Source of the DNA: Carcharhinus longimanus
Lineage: Eukaryota
NCBI GenBank assembly: GCA_030264375.1
Contig: JASCQW010000072.1
Span: 67,170,209-67,234,208 of the forward strand
DNA length: 64,000 nucleotides
Reading direction: 5' to 3'
Each line of letters begins with the position of its first letter. The first letter of the stretch is position 1. Of this stretch, positions 22,507 through 36,300 are shown one piece after another. Both the position numbers and the translations under genes were made by a program. The notes beneath the pieces are model-generated. The model was not told the DNA's origin. It made no database searches and saw only the letters and a program-made list of their open reading frames with translations.

Positions 22507-25500
22507 AGTGTCTTTACAGTTTCCACTCTCACTTCCTTTTGTATCCTTGGATGCATCTTATCCAGTCCCAGACTTTTTGATACCTCCTTCTTTTCAATTG
22601 TAAATTCTTTGAGTGTACCTCCTCTCCCACCTCAGACTGCTTCCTTTGGAAAGATAAATGCACAATACTTGTCTAATATCTCTGCTACATCTCCTGTCTC
22701 CGTATGTAAGCCCCCACTCTTTTATCCCTAATCGGCCCTACTCTTTCTTTTATCACCCTTTTATTATTTGTATGCTTTATAGGAGACCTTCAGGTTCTCT
22801 TTTAAATGCTATAAAAATGTTGTGCATATTCATAGCCTTTAGTTCCACCTTTGTACTATTTTTCAAACCACTAGCCTTATCTGCTGGCACAGAATTAAGT
22901 TTGTAAGTTCTGTCCCTTTCTGTCACACTCATTTTGTGAGCCTTGTTCCCTTGTCTTATCCTCTTCCTTAAGTTTATCACATCTTCCCTAATTTAATCCC
23001 TTTTCTCCATTATTTTCTAAACTAAATAGAGAAGGCAAGGGATCAAGTGAAGCAAGATGTGATAAATTAGAGAGAGAGGCCAAGACAGCCAAGAGGAATG
23101 ACAGAATCTCTGCTGAAAAGCTAGTTGTGAAAGCTGCATTTTCTGCCCAGCTTAGTTTACATCAGAAAATGGAGGAAGACTTGTTCATGAAACCTCTGTA
23201 GTTGTACTAATTTTGCTCCCACAGTGGTATGAAGTGGAATATTACAGTTTCTTGCTGGTGATATATGCTTAAGTGAGGATAGTGTGCGAGTTGGATTGGA
23301 ACTTCAACAAGACAGTGTTTCAGCATCCCTCAAATAAAATGCCAGGGCAGTGGACTGCAACCTTACCCCACCCCAACTTACAACCGGCAGTGTAGGAGAA
23401 TCACAAACAGAGCAGGGACTTGGGCAAAACTGGAGACCATTGTGAAAGAATATTGGCTCTTCAGGTCAAAACCCTGAAGGATGGCCATGACAGCACAGAA
23501 ACCAGTTAACAGGAAATTCAGTGCATCACCATCATATATTCCTAGCCATGGTCTCTTCTCTTCACTCATTCTGACATGATTGTTTACTTTGCCTCTGTTG
23601 ATAACTTATTGCTCTGTCTCTACTTCATTCATTCTCTGCGTCATTCACACTACCACCCTCGAACCCTATCCCAACTGCCTTTCTCAGTTTGTGTACCCAA
23701 CCCCTTTTGCTCTATCTTTCTTCTATTTTTCTGTACCTGCTAGGTTCAGTCCCACTATTTTCCTCTCAATCTGCTTCTCTTGCTTAAAATAAACCACAAC
23801 CTCAGTGCACATTTTATTTGATATTAGGTTTCTTTCTTTTATTCATATACAGTAATGCAATCGACCCTTGAAACACTCACACACATGAACTATACATACC
23901 TTAGATTTGATTATAGTTGACTTCTGTTGTCTAGACACTAATGTTTTCCAGCCTTGGGAGAATGCAATTTTGTCAGAGTCTTTATAAAATGGCAATCATA
24001 AAGTTAACCTAATAAAAAGGAAATGAAGGTGATCCACTTAATTCTGTTTACTGTGTTTTCAATTTGGGTGTAGGTGTTACTGTGTATGTGAAATACACAG
24101 GAATGGATTCACCAGGCTGAACTTAGCAGTGCCGTTATGGGAATTAATTTTCCCTGAAGGATAAAAGAATTAAACCAAAGATATTCTGATAGGCAGAAGG
24201 CTGAAGGAAATGGGGAAGGCAAAAATCTGCCTGTGGCTTTACTTCACAGACTAGCAGAGCTGTGCGAATATTGCTCATTTCCACCTTGTTTAAAGGACCT
24301 TTGGCATCCAATTAGTTCTCTGCACAGACATCGCACAGCAGTCAGCGCAAGTCGAGCATAAAGCTGCAAGGTAGAATGAGAGACAAAAACCCAAAGCACT
24401 TTGTTGTTTCTTTCTCAGCATTTCCTGCTGCTGCTTCATATATTCTTATGGCTTGGCCAATCAGCCTGTTGCATTTTACAGAGAAAAACAAAATAAAAGA
24501 TTTTATTCCCTGCTCTGATCCATCCCCTTTGAAAGGAAAGTTTGCAATCTTATGGACACTGTATTCAGTTGTATCATAAAGAAGAAATGTACTTTTCAGT
24601 TTACACTGTTTACATTGTCCAGATACTTAGATAAAGTGCACCCCTTGGTTTAGTGATTTGCCTCCTGCATTTTCCTGACCACATTTCATTCAGGGACAAC
24701 CTGAAGCTGGTTTAGAACCTGGCAGCATGGCTACAATTGTACCTGAGAGTTTCAAGGAAGAATTCAAGATAACAGACCTTGGCAGAGACTAATTGGTGCC
24801 ACTGCAGGCTGTTTAGGTTGAAGATTACAGGCTTCATTCATTTTGACTTCAATTGCCTGGTGGATTAGCTGCATGGTTTAACTTGTGCCTCTTTCTTTGT
24901 GCACCAGGAGCAGGGGAATACACAGTTTCCATAATGACCAGCCAAATTGACTCAATTTTCCTTAATTCTAAAAATTATCATTAATTATTTTGATTACTGA
25001 AGTATGAGACCAGGGAGCATTAACACAGTAAGATATAGATTGAAATATACCTTGTGTAAATAATGTTTTCTCTTCTGCAAGCAATTCAATTGAATGTTGG
25101 CAATTAAGTAATTTTTTTCTTCTACTCCCTTTCCCATTACACTACCTAATTAATTGACCTGATGTGTCTCCTTATTAATGAGAAGGGAGCAGGTTGTAGA
25201 AAAGTTCAGTAACAACTCATTTTCCAGTGCCATTTGGGAACTGAGCTATCAAGAGTTAAGGAGGCAGTACAAAGGAAATCTTCTCTGTAGCTCTTTTTAT
25301 CCTTTGAACCTGTTGAAAACAGAGAGTTTGAAGATACATAAAAGACAAATCATCTGAAGGTGGTGAAACTCAGTTCTGCAGCTCGGTCAACTAAAAGCAC
25401 CAGTGGTTTACCACAGGACTGCTTGCCTCCCATAGCCAATAGGAAGTGGGCTTTACTGAAATGTGTCAGAAAACCTGACTTTTAATTGGAATGAAAGCAG

Positions 25501-25574
25501 TTTGAACACAAATACAAAATAAAGAGAAGTCCCAGCAGCTGCATATCTTGGATTTTCCATTTCCATCTTTGCCA

Positions 25575-25900
25575 ATAAGAACATAAGAAATAGGAGCAGG
25601 AGTAGGCCATCTAGCCCTTCGAGCCTGCCCCGNNNNNNNNNNNNNNNNNNNNNNNNNNNNNNNNNNNNNNNNNNNNNNNNNNNNNNNNNNNNNNNNNNNN
25701 NNNNNNNNNNNNNNNNNNNNNNNNNNNNNNNNAAATAATAATCCCTCCTACTATTATTTCTGCCAAAGTGGATAACCTCACACTTGCCATCATTATACTC
25801 CATCTGCCAGGTCCTCGCCCACTCGCTTAGCCTATCCAGATCCTTCTGAAGACTTTCCACACCCTCCACGCAATTTGCTTTTCCACTCATCTTCGTGTCA
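25575..25900 (-). mobile_element. Young CR1 LINE (gapped)
   Basis: AAGAACATAAGAAATAGGAGCAGGAGTAGGCCATCTAGCCC tail; DDTKMSGKANC...WQMEYNDGKCEVIHFG. Confidence 0.9.
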
Positions 25901-26341
25901 TAATAATAATAAGTAACAGAGGCCTCAGATTGTACAATGCACAGAGATAAAGAGTAAAATTATTTCCTTTGCTTCCACAAATGCACGGTGAATGATTCAC
26001 CACATAACTCTGCCAGGTCAGTTGCTTCCTTTCCAAACCCAATTTCCTCCAGCCTTTCCTCATAGCTCAGAGCTGTGACGTTATGGATCAGTCTCCTGGC
26101 TCTTCCCTGAACCATGTCTTGGTTTTGAATGTCTCCCCTTTTTTCACAGTGCCCAGAAGCAGTACAATCAGTGGTAGTGTTCAAGAATCATTCTTGAGAG
26201 GAGCAGCTGATTTTAGAACCTATGGTTTCCAAAGTGGTCCAATGCTGGAATATGTCTCACCTTTCCCAGGTCTGTTGTTAATTAATTTGATAGAGATTTA
26301 TTGCTATCATTAGTCAACACTCTATTGTCATCATGTGAGGG

Positions 26342-26650
26342 ACCATAAGAACATCACTCACATAATTGAGTAGACCATCTGGCCCTCCAAGCCTGCTCTG
26401 CCATTCAATAAGATCATGGCTGATCTTTTCATGGACTCACTCCATTTTTCCGCCTGCTAGCCATAACCCTTAATTCTTACAGTTTAAAAATTTATCTATT
26501 ATTGCTTTAAAAACATTTGACGCAATAGCCTCAACTGCTTTACTGGGCAGGGAATTCCACAGATACACAAACCTTTGAATGAAGAAGTTTTTCCTCAGTG
26601 CAGTCTTAAATCTGATCCCCTTTATTTTGAAACTATGCCTCTCGTTCCAG
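26342..26650 (-). mobile_element. CR1 LINE 3' tail
   Basis: CCATTCAATAAGATCATGGCTGATC; GGGCAGGGAATTCCACAGA; same family as 3405. Confidence 0.8.
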
Positions 26651-27519
26651 ATTTCAATTTCCAGAGAGAGAAAGAGCTGCTCCTTTCAAATTCAAACAAC
26701 AACTGCCTGTTTTTCTCTCTGTAAGCTTAGCTCTACCAATTCATATGATTTTCTCTTGTCAATTAAATTAATCAGACGTTGAAAAGCCAGGGGACAATCC
26801 CAATAATAACTAAATTGCATCAGCTCAGATTAAAACAAAAACCCTAATAACTAAGAGCAATTATTGTTCTGCATTATTAGGATATGGGCTGCTGGTTGTG
26901 GACAAATTGGCACCATTTAAACAGTTGAGTTATAAAACAGTCTCTTCACAAGAAATATGACACAGGTTATTTTTCTTGTAGACACAATATTGACACAATA
27001 ATAACATGCAACTACTGGGAAAGTAGAAGACAGACTAGAGGGAGCTTTGTTTCTCTTCATCCAATAATTCCTGTGTTCTTGTGAAAATCAAATTACTTGG
27101 TGATCTGGTAAGGCAAGACATAGTAAACCTGAAAACCCACCTGGTGAATTCCTCAACTGCATGTAGCCAGGCAGAGTTCTGGCCTAGTCATACAGAAATG
27201 AAAGAGTGAAATCCCAAATCATGCTGTGTCTTTTCACGGAGCAATGTCCCCACAGAAACTAAGGGAAGGGGGAGTAAGAGGTGCAAACTGAGGAATAGAG
27301 GTGAGGAGGGAAGAGGACGAATCTGACTGAAGAGTTAACTGAGGGAGGAGAGGGAGCTAAGTGAAGTGCTAAGTGAGGAATGAAGATGTGGAAGGGAGAA
27401 GAACCTGAAGGAAGTGATCTGAAGTAGAAAGAAAGCAATGGATCTGTCAGAGTCAATAAGGGGAGAGAAGAGACTCGAGTCAAATGATGACTGAGATTTT
27501 ACTGACACAGTGAAATATT

Positions 27520-28050
27520 GGGCAGCACAATGATACAGTGGTTAGCACTGCTGCCTCACTGTGCCAGGGATCTAGATTTGATTCCCGGCTTGGGTTACTA
27601 TCTATGCAGAGTCTGCACATAGTCCCCCTGTCCAGGAGCTCTGGTTTCTTCTGAAAGCTGCTGGTTAGGTGCATCAGTCATGCAAAATTCTCCCTCGTAC
27701 CCAAACAGGTGCCAGAATGTGGCGTTTCGAGAATTTTCAGTTTTGTGAAAACTTTGTTTTAAAGTTTAAAGTCTATTAGTGTCACACGTAGGCTTACATT
27801 AACACTACAATGAAGTTACTGTGAAAATCCTTTGGTAGCCACACTCCAGCGCTGTTCGGGTACACTGACGGAGAATTTAGCATAGCCAATTCATCTGACC
27901 AGCATGTCTTTAAGATTGTGTGAGGAAACTGGAGCACCCAGATGAAATCCATGCAGACGTGGGGAGAGTGTGTAGACTCTGCACAATGTAAATGTAAGCT
28001 TACTTGTGACACTAATAAATAAACTTTCAAGCTTTAAAGTTTAAACTTTT
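27520..28050. mobile_element. V-SINE (+) interrupted by an inverted V-SINE (-, ~27760-27985)
   Basis: + head GGGCAGCACAATGATACAGTGGTTAGCACTGCTGCCTCAC; minus copy in the middle; + tail TGTAAGCTTACTTGTGACACTAATAAATAAACTTT resumes at ~27990. Confidence 0.8.
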
Positions 28051-28617
28051 ATTTGCCTTAATGTTAACAGACAGGATAATGTAAAGGCAGATATAGTAAC
28101 AACTGTTGATTTAGTTACTTGTATCTATTTGGTTGAGAAACTCAGTCAGGGTTGTCTCTTCTAAACAATCCAGCATCGAGACATAATTGACCAATGCACC
28201 ATCGCTCAAGTATTTTTAGACTTATCTTTATATCTCAGTGGCTGTCCCATATTGAGCTCAACAGGTCTAGAATGAAGAATAATGTACTACCTACAATGAA
28301 AGGAGAGGAAGTGCAGACACCCACCCTCCCTCTCAGAGGAAGATCTGGGCCACTTTCTGACTTGTAAAGCCCTCTCACCCTGACAGGTGATGGGCGAACT
28401 GGTAGTTTCCTTTGGCTCGTGGGCTCAGATGAAGCAGCCTTGACAAGGCAGCAGTTATTCCGGTAAAGGCTGCCAGGAGTTATCTCGGGATGTGCTGGCT
28501 TGATAAGACAGGGCCAAGATTTTTGTTTTAAACGCTGCAGGCCTGGAGGTTTACACTGAAACAACAACAAATACTGTAAGGAATGTGCGGGGATGGAGTA
28601 TGCGGGGCGCAGGGACG

Positions 28618-28717
28618 GAGTGTGCTCTGAGCGCGCTGGTTGAGGGTTGAGTGTGCACTGAGCGCGCTGGTTGCGGGTTGAGTGTGCACTGAGCGCGCTG
28701 GTTGCGGGTTGAGTGTG
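28618..28717. repeat. 31-bp CpG-rich minisatellite
   Basis: GAGTGTGCACTGAGCGCGCTGGTTGCGGGTT, ~3.2 copies. Confidence 0.9.
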
Positions 28718-29679
28718 TAAGGTGTGTTCAAATTGCAATTCTAATTTCTGTGATTTTTCTATCATTTCCTCTTAGCCTTCTGTCACCAAGAATGATTTGG
28801 GGAGGCAGTGAAGTGCAGCCAAGGATGTTACCATTTCATGAATAAGTTAAATCAAAATGTCTAATCATTTTTAATTGCAGGGAGTGTCATTATTATCCTA
28901 TTATGCTGTTAGCAACAACATAACCATTAAATATGTAAATTAGTCACCATTTCCAAATGCAAATTGCATTAATATTGAATCGGACTCAAAATATGTTCTA
29001 GCTAAATGGTTCTTGGACAGTATTGTTCGGAACAGAATATTAATGATTTGTGGCACTTAATCTTAAGATTCAGATGTAAATTGGTTACATGGACACATAT
29101 TACTGAGCGATTACAATTTGCCTTGAGTATCAAGGGCAAGAGAGCATATGGAAGAAAGATGTGTATTTCTGTGATGTCTTTCATGACCTCAGGGCATCCC
29201 TTTCAATCAACAACTTTTGTGGTGAAATCACTGTTTTAATATAGGAACAACATCACCTTTTTATGGAAATAGATGTGTTCATTCAGGCACACAGGTTGTA
29301 CTGGACGATAATTGCAATATGATGAAGAGATACTGCAAGATCCACTGAAAAAGAGATGAGTTTGAGGACAAAAAGAGTTCTGAGAATCTGAGAGCAGCAT
29401 TCACAAAAGAGCCAAGCAGGAGGGTAAAGGGAAACACACAGAACAGATCAATGGCAAAAGACAGATAACAGCATGCAAGAGGGAAAGAAAGAGAGAGGAA
29501 ATAGTCAGCGGGAAGAAGAAGAGGACATACCCAGAGAGAGGAAGGAATATAGCCAGAGGGAGAAGAGAGAGAAAACGTAGTGAGGGGAGGAAAAGTAAAA
29601 CCCGCATAAGAAGAGAGATAAAAAGTGGAGCTGGAGAGAAAGGGAAAATGAGAATTGAGTGAGAAGTGCTGGAGAACAT

Positions 29680-29975
29680 TCATCCCAGCCATAAATATAA
29701 ATGCTGGGGCATCCACAACTCTCTGGGATACAGAATTCCAAAGTCACAACACTCTTATTAAGAAATTTATTCCTATCTCAGTCGTGACTGATTGATTCTT
29801 TATTTTGAGACTGTAGCCTCATATTCTAGATTTCCCAGCCAAGGTAAACTACTTTGTAGTGTCTACTGTTTAAGCACCTTCAAAGTCTTCTCTGCTTCAG
29901 TGAGATCACCTCTTATTCTTTTCAACTCCAGAGGGTGTTAGTCTAATTTACTCAGCCTGATTTTGTCGGACAAGT
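29680..29975 (-). mobile_element. CR1 LINE fragment
   Basis: CATCCACAACTCTCTGGGATACAGAATTCCAAAG; GAGATCACCTCTTATTCTTTTCAACTCCAGAG. Confidence 0.7.
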
Positions 29976-30279
29976 TTATTATAATATATATTAAATATAT
30001 ATAATATTTTAAAAATGGAGTCAGGGAAACAGGAGGCTGATAATAGGGTCATGGAGATAGAGAGAGTAATATCGAAGAAGAGATAGAGCTAAGAAAAGTG
30101 GTAAGTGAGAACAGGTAGGTGGAGAATATATGGAGGAGAGGATACCAGTGTCTGTGTGTGTCACTCTGACTAACAATTTAAGAGATGTCCAAGTTGCATT
30201 GGCTGGGACTTTGTGTGTTATTGTGGCAGCAATTGTATTCAGTAACAACTTGTATTTTTATTTCACCTTTAACTATAAT

Positions 30280-30840
30280 ACTGGAATCTACCCAGCAATG
30301 ACGGTCATTGTTGACCAGAAGCTTAACTGTAGCTACAAGAACAGGTCGAAGGCTAGGAATTCTGTGGCATGTAACTTACCTCCTCACTCCCCAAAGTCCA
30401 CAATCAACAAGGCAGAAGTCAGGAGTGTAATGGAATACTCTCACTTGTTGGAAGAGTGCAGCTTCAACAACACTCAAGAAGCACGATACCCTCCAAGACA
30501 CAGCAGCCCATTTGCTTGGCACCAAATCTACAAACATCCACTCCTTCCACCACCAAAGAACAGAGGCTGCAGTGTTTACCGTCTATGAGATACATTGCAG
30601 GAATTTACTGAGATTTTTTAGGCAGCACCATCCAAACCCATGGCACCACCATTGAGAAGGGCGGATGCATGGGAATACACCACCTGAGGGTTCCCCTCTA
30701 AGTCACTCACCACCCTGACTTGGAAATATATCACTGTCCCTTCACAGTTGCTAGGTTAAAATTCTGGATCTCTCTTCCTAACAGCACTGTGGGTGTACCT
30801 ACATCACATGAATTGCAACAGTTCAAGAATGCAGCTCAAC
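30280..30840 (+). mobile_element. Second CR1-clade LINE family, 3' part
   Basis: TIDQKLN-like, STINKAEVRSVMEYS motif, W.SLPNSTVGVPT.H.LQQFK.AA C-terminal motif. Confidence 0.75.
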
Positions 30841-31259
30841 GAGGTCCACCTCGTTGTCAAACGAGGGGCATGCACACGGTGGGTCGTGCGTGGGCTGCTC
30901 TTGGAGGTTCCGGGANNNNNNNNNNNNNNNNNNNNNNNNNNNNNNNNNNNNNNNNNNNNNNNNNNNNNNNNNNNNNNNNNNTTGTGTGAAATCATCCTTC
31001 CAGCAAGAATCTTGTCCACTGTGAGTGCTGATGGGAAGTGATGGCCGTGTTTTCCATGATTCTCATTGTGGTCAATGTGAGCAACACAACCGTGTTTCTG
31101 TAATACGTGTTTTTAGTAAATGAATCTACCACTGGCAATGTAAATTTATAGGATCCTTCCTTTAGTGTAGTCTTGGTTAGAAATACCAGCCAGAGGTGGT
31201 TAAGCAATTTTATTTTTCCCCAATGTCTTTTCAAGTTTTTAAAATGATTGCTAAGCCAA

Positions 31260-31560
31260 ACAAACCATGAAGGTCAGTCTCCCATGTATGCTGAATCAGC
31301 TGATCTCTGAGGAACAGTGTTTAAGTAAGAAATGATCTCGGTGTGGCTTGGTTGGGTTGAATTGGGTGATGGAGGAACTGGTTTGTGATACTGCTTTACT
31401 TTCTTATGACCTTTGTTAAAACTGAATACAAAGTGAAGACAGAATCACCCCCACGTGGTGCTGTCTCCACAATAGATTCGCTTGTCCTCATTCTTAAGGC
31501 TCACATGCAAGTTACAGAACAGCCATGTGTACATATCTCACAGAGGAAATAGAACTGAAC
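31260..31560 (+). mobile_element. LF-SINE-like ancient SINE remnant
   Basis: ATGCTGAATCAGCTGATCTC ... GAAGACAGAATC ... AAGGCTCACATGCAAG resemble the LF-SINE consensus as recalled. Confidence 0.45.
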
Positions 31561-33334
31561 AGATTTTAAAAACAAAATTATAAACTTTTTAAAAAATAGG
31601 TTTCCAAATGTGATTTTAATATAAGATCCATTGGCAGAAATGGAAACGGTGCCAGTTAGGTTTAGATGGGGGGGGGGTGCAGTTTGACTTTAACAAAAAA
31701 TATTTACAAGTGAGCAAGGAATTTGCAATGGAGGATTGAGGGGGGAACAGAAAAAATATATGTCTTGCAAATGGCAGAAAGGATTAAGTATTGCTGAGCA
31801 ATAAATCCAACAATGTACAGGATAGGGTGACAACTATGGAGAGTGCTGGTTGGAGGGAGGCTGCTCCCACCATACTGATTAGTATGCTGCTCAGCCCAGG
31901 TATCTTGGTTACAATAGCACATCATTTTCTCACTCTTGAGTTTTGCATTACACTTGTAAATACATTAGAGAGAGCTCATTTTTACTGCCTGTGTAATGGT
32001 CTGGTAGTGGTATTAATCCCTCTCTAATTAGGCTGCTAAAGGTCAGGGTAGATTACTAGTTAAAGGGGATTGTTTTTTTTCTCTCACCACTGATAAATCA
32101 GAAGGGTTTAAAAGGCAGGACGCTGTGAGCTGCTTTTTTCAAGGTGCAGAGCAATTGCAATAAGAATTAACCCTTTCAGGACTAGCTTTTACCTAATGAA
32201 AGCTGAATTCCAACCCGTCATGGACGAGAGACAAAGGATTAAGCCCCGAAGTGCATCAGTGAATGCGTTAGTGTCATTGCCAATGCGGGACTGGTCCTTT
32301 AGCTGACCGTGTCTGTCACTTCCATCCTTATCCACAGCTGCAGATGAGGTCATCCGGCATTACCGCAGGACCAAAGGCTATATTGGCAATGATCCAAGGG
32401 CCTCATCAGTACTGTTCCTGTGAAGATTGCTTGTGTGATTTGAATTAACAGCAAAGTACTCGCTTTTTATTCATCATGCATCAGTGAAGGAGGCCACTCA
32501 GCCCTTCTCCATTTCTCTAGTCAGACAAAAGGCATCTACTAGACTAACTACAGTGATTTCCTTTCTCTTTGCTAATCCTGTACAGTATTTACATTGGTGT
32601 CACCTTTTATTTACTCTTGTTTGGCAGCAGGGGAGGAACAAACCCGGGGAAAATTCCTTATCATTCATTTGGAAATAAATGACAAGCCTTTGGTCATTCT
32701 TTGAGACCAAGCAGCCCTTTTTCATGAGAGGCATTATCAAATTTCCAGAGAGTCAGAGAAAGTTGCAGAGAGATAACAGGAAGATAGGAATTGCTAAAGA
32801 AGTAAAAACCAGAATCCATCTATAGACCAACTTCTACCGCCTTGGCAGCGGCATGATACAATGATAATGGAGTTGTAGATTATTTAACAATCAACCTTGA
32901 TCACTTAGGCCTGATTTCCCATGCAGACAGAGGCTTTCCATTGTAGTTAAAATGGCGCCAGAATTCCAAATGCAGAAGTTCTGCCCTGACCCTGACCCCC
33001 ACCATTTTGTAGGAGGGGGTTGAGGTAGATTGGGTTGGGTGGGGGTACATGGAGGTGACTCCACTTTCTCAGAACCAACTTTCAGTAGTGAAATGTCCAA
33101 AACATAATTTGTGCACATTAGCTCCAACCTTTGGAGAGGTAGGGTATCCTTTTGTAGAGTAAGGTACCTTATGTATATGGTCCTGGAAATCTTTGGAAGA
33201 GATAAGCTGCCCTTTGGGAAGTCAAATGCCCTTTAGGATTGTTTAAAATAGACATAAATGTGCATCAAAAGTGGATAAACGCAGTTGAGCTGTCAAGGGA
33301 GATAATCAGATGGCAAGGCAATTAAATCTCCCAT

Positions 33335-36300
33335 TGTTACGGAATGCCATGTTGAGTACTGAATGTTCTTATAAAACCTTTTCTCCTGTATAATTGTTCT
33401 ACTGGCTTAAAGTTTATTTATGAATCACAAGTACACTGCAATGAAGTTACTGTGAAAATCCCCTGGCTTTTGTTGAGAGTTCTGAGCATGTGCAGGTTTT
33501 GGAAGCTTTTCAGTCTGCAGAGAGTGTTCTGCAAGCGAGGCCTATTCTACAATTACTGTTGATTAGTTATTGCTGTTTGTAAACTTTGTTATTTTAGTAT
33601 TTAAAGAAGATGGTTCTTTTGACAATGTATTCGACCGCCTTTTATTGTGAATTTAAGTTATCATCTCTTCGGTGATAAGGAGAAAGTGGCAAGGAAAGAA
33701 AACAAAGTTAGTCCAATGTTCAGCATGGCAACATGAGATTGCATACAGTGATTAGCTAGTTTTCATCATCGGCTTATCTGATGGAATTTCGAGTTAGCAG
33801 CACCATTACTATGTTTGGGGCTGTCAATGGGTTTAACAAGAGAAGTGAAAACTGGGCTGAATACGTGGAAAGGGTGAAAAATTTCTTTTTAGCAAATAGA
33901 ATAGAAGATGAGGTGAAGCAATGCTGGATTCTCGTGAGTGTGTGGGGAGGAGACTTATGAGAAATGAGAAATCTGGTCATGCCACAGAAACCAGGGGAAA
34001 TGTCATTTGCAGATTTAGTTGCTCTGCTCCAGAATCACCATAACCTGCAGTTGTTGGGGAAAGCCACAGTGAGTTTTAAGAAGGCTTTGGAAATCTTGCA
34101 GCTCATGGCAATGGCTGCCAGTAATACTATTCAGAAAGCTAATGTTGATGCCCAGGCTGCATCAAATAAAGAAGTAGCAATCAATAAGGTGAAAGTAGTG
34201 GAGTGTTTTAGGTATGGTGAGCCACACTGTGTAAATCATTGCAAATTTATGGATGTTATTTTGTCACTGGTGCAACAAGAAGGGACATTTGGCGAAGAGG
34301 TGCAAGGCCATGAAGAGCAAGGCAAAGGTGAGCAAGAAAATTTAAGTTTGAAGAAGCCTCAATCAGTTACACATCATCTGGACAGCTCAGAGCAGGCAGA
34401 GGAGCAAGCTTACAGCATGTTTAATGTGAATGAGGCACAAGCAGAGCCTATTTTTACTACAGCAGTGGTTGATGGTAAACAAATCAAGATGGAGATGGAC
34501 ACAGGATGTAATTAATTAATGAAGAGACCTACAAGTCAACTTGGGACACTAGCTGAGGGCCGGTCCTCACTCTGGATATACACGGGAGACTGCATACTTT
34601 TGCTTGGGTGTTGGAAATCCGTACTATGTATAATCGTCAAGAAGCAAGGGCACACCTCCTTGTGATCAAAGGGTAGGGGCTGAGTTTTCTAAGGCATGAC
34701 TGGCCCAGCAAAATTCCATTGAACTGGGTCTTGATCAAGCATACAAAGAGGGTGTTGTTAAGAAGTATCCGGATCTGTTCAAGGTTGGATTGGATACATT
34801 GCATAGTATTACCGTGAAATTATATGTAAATCCTCAGGTTACTCTGTGGTTTTTCAAGCACTACAGTGTGCCATTAGAACAAAAGTGGAATAGGAGTGGC
34901 TGCAAAAGCTTGGAATCATTGAGCCTATTTGGTTTTCTTATTGGACAACTCCAATCATTCCTGTCCTTAAAAATTATGGTACAGTCCACACATTTGGTGA
35001 CTACAAACTCACTATTAAACAGGTTTCCAAGTTAGATGCTTATCCATTATTTAGAGTGGAAGATTTGTTTTCAACTCTTGCAAGGAGTCAGAATGTTTTC
35101 AAACTTGGACATGAGCCAGGTATATCAATAACTCTTACTAGAGGAAGACTTGAAGCAGTACGTGACCATCAACGCGCACAAGGAGTTTTTTGATGTATCC
35201 TCCAGTCTAGCGATTTTTCAGAGGACAGTGGACAACCTTTTGCATGACACCTTAATTATAGGGAAGAGCGAAGAAGAGTACCTCAGCAATCTGGATCAAG
35301 GTTTTCAGAGGCAGGACTGCGTCTGAAGAAAAGCAAGTACAAAGTGTAGAGTATCTTGGAAGGGAAAATTGGACCAATTAAGGAAGCTCCAGAGCCCAGG
35401 AATGTGTTCAAGCTCAAGTCATTTTTGGGTTTACTAAATGATTATGGAAAGTTTTTGCCAGACCTGACAACACTGTATCTACTTCTGCACAAAGAAACTA
35501 AATGGAAGTGGGGAGTCAGCACAAAAGAAGGCTTTCAAAGATGTAAAAGTGGTGTTGCAATTGCCTATTCTGCTAGTCCATTTTGACCTAAACAGAGAAC
35601 CTATTCTGTCATGCAAAGCCTCGCCTTCTTGTATGGGAGTGGTACTTTCTCATTTAATGAGAAACAGTCTGGAAAAAACCATCAGTTTTAAATCTAGGAC
35701 ACTGACAAAGGCTTAAAAAAAATGTTCGCAATTGGACAAAGAAGATCTAGCTATTTTTTTTCAATGAAAGATTCCATCCGTACCTCTAGGTTGTTTGTTC
35801 ACCACAAGTCATTGAATTTCTCAGTCGGTCGAAATATATTCTTCCTATGGCATCAGCAAGAATACAATCAGTGCTAGGTACTTACATTGTCAGCTTATCA
35901 TGTACAGAGCAGGGAAAGACCACACAAATGTGGATGCATTGAGTCATCTCTCTTTACTGGATTTGCCATCCAAAATATTGTGTCCTCCTTAGACCATTTT
36001 CTTCATTGGTTGTTCTCAAGTCATGGATAAAATTCATGAGCCACATCCAGCTGCTTCTAGAATTAAAAATCTAGGTAGGTCATATGCTGGTGGCCTAATA
36101 TAGATCTGGGCTTGGAGACCAAACAAGATGAAAACCTGTTGGACAATGTCAAATAAACTAGCGCCACTTCATCCTTGGCAATGGCCTGATTGTCCATGGT
36201 ACAGACTTCATGTGGACTTTGTGGGAAATGTCATGAACTGCATGTTTTTAATTGGCGTAGATGCGCACTCAAAAACGAAATGTCATAAGTAATATTACAG

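Noticed and set aside
29279-29747. Phe/Leu/Ser-rich minus-strand ORFs resembling membrane proteins
   Set aside because: Translation of GA-rich low-complexity DNA.
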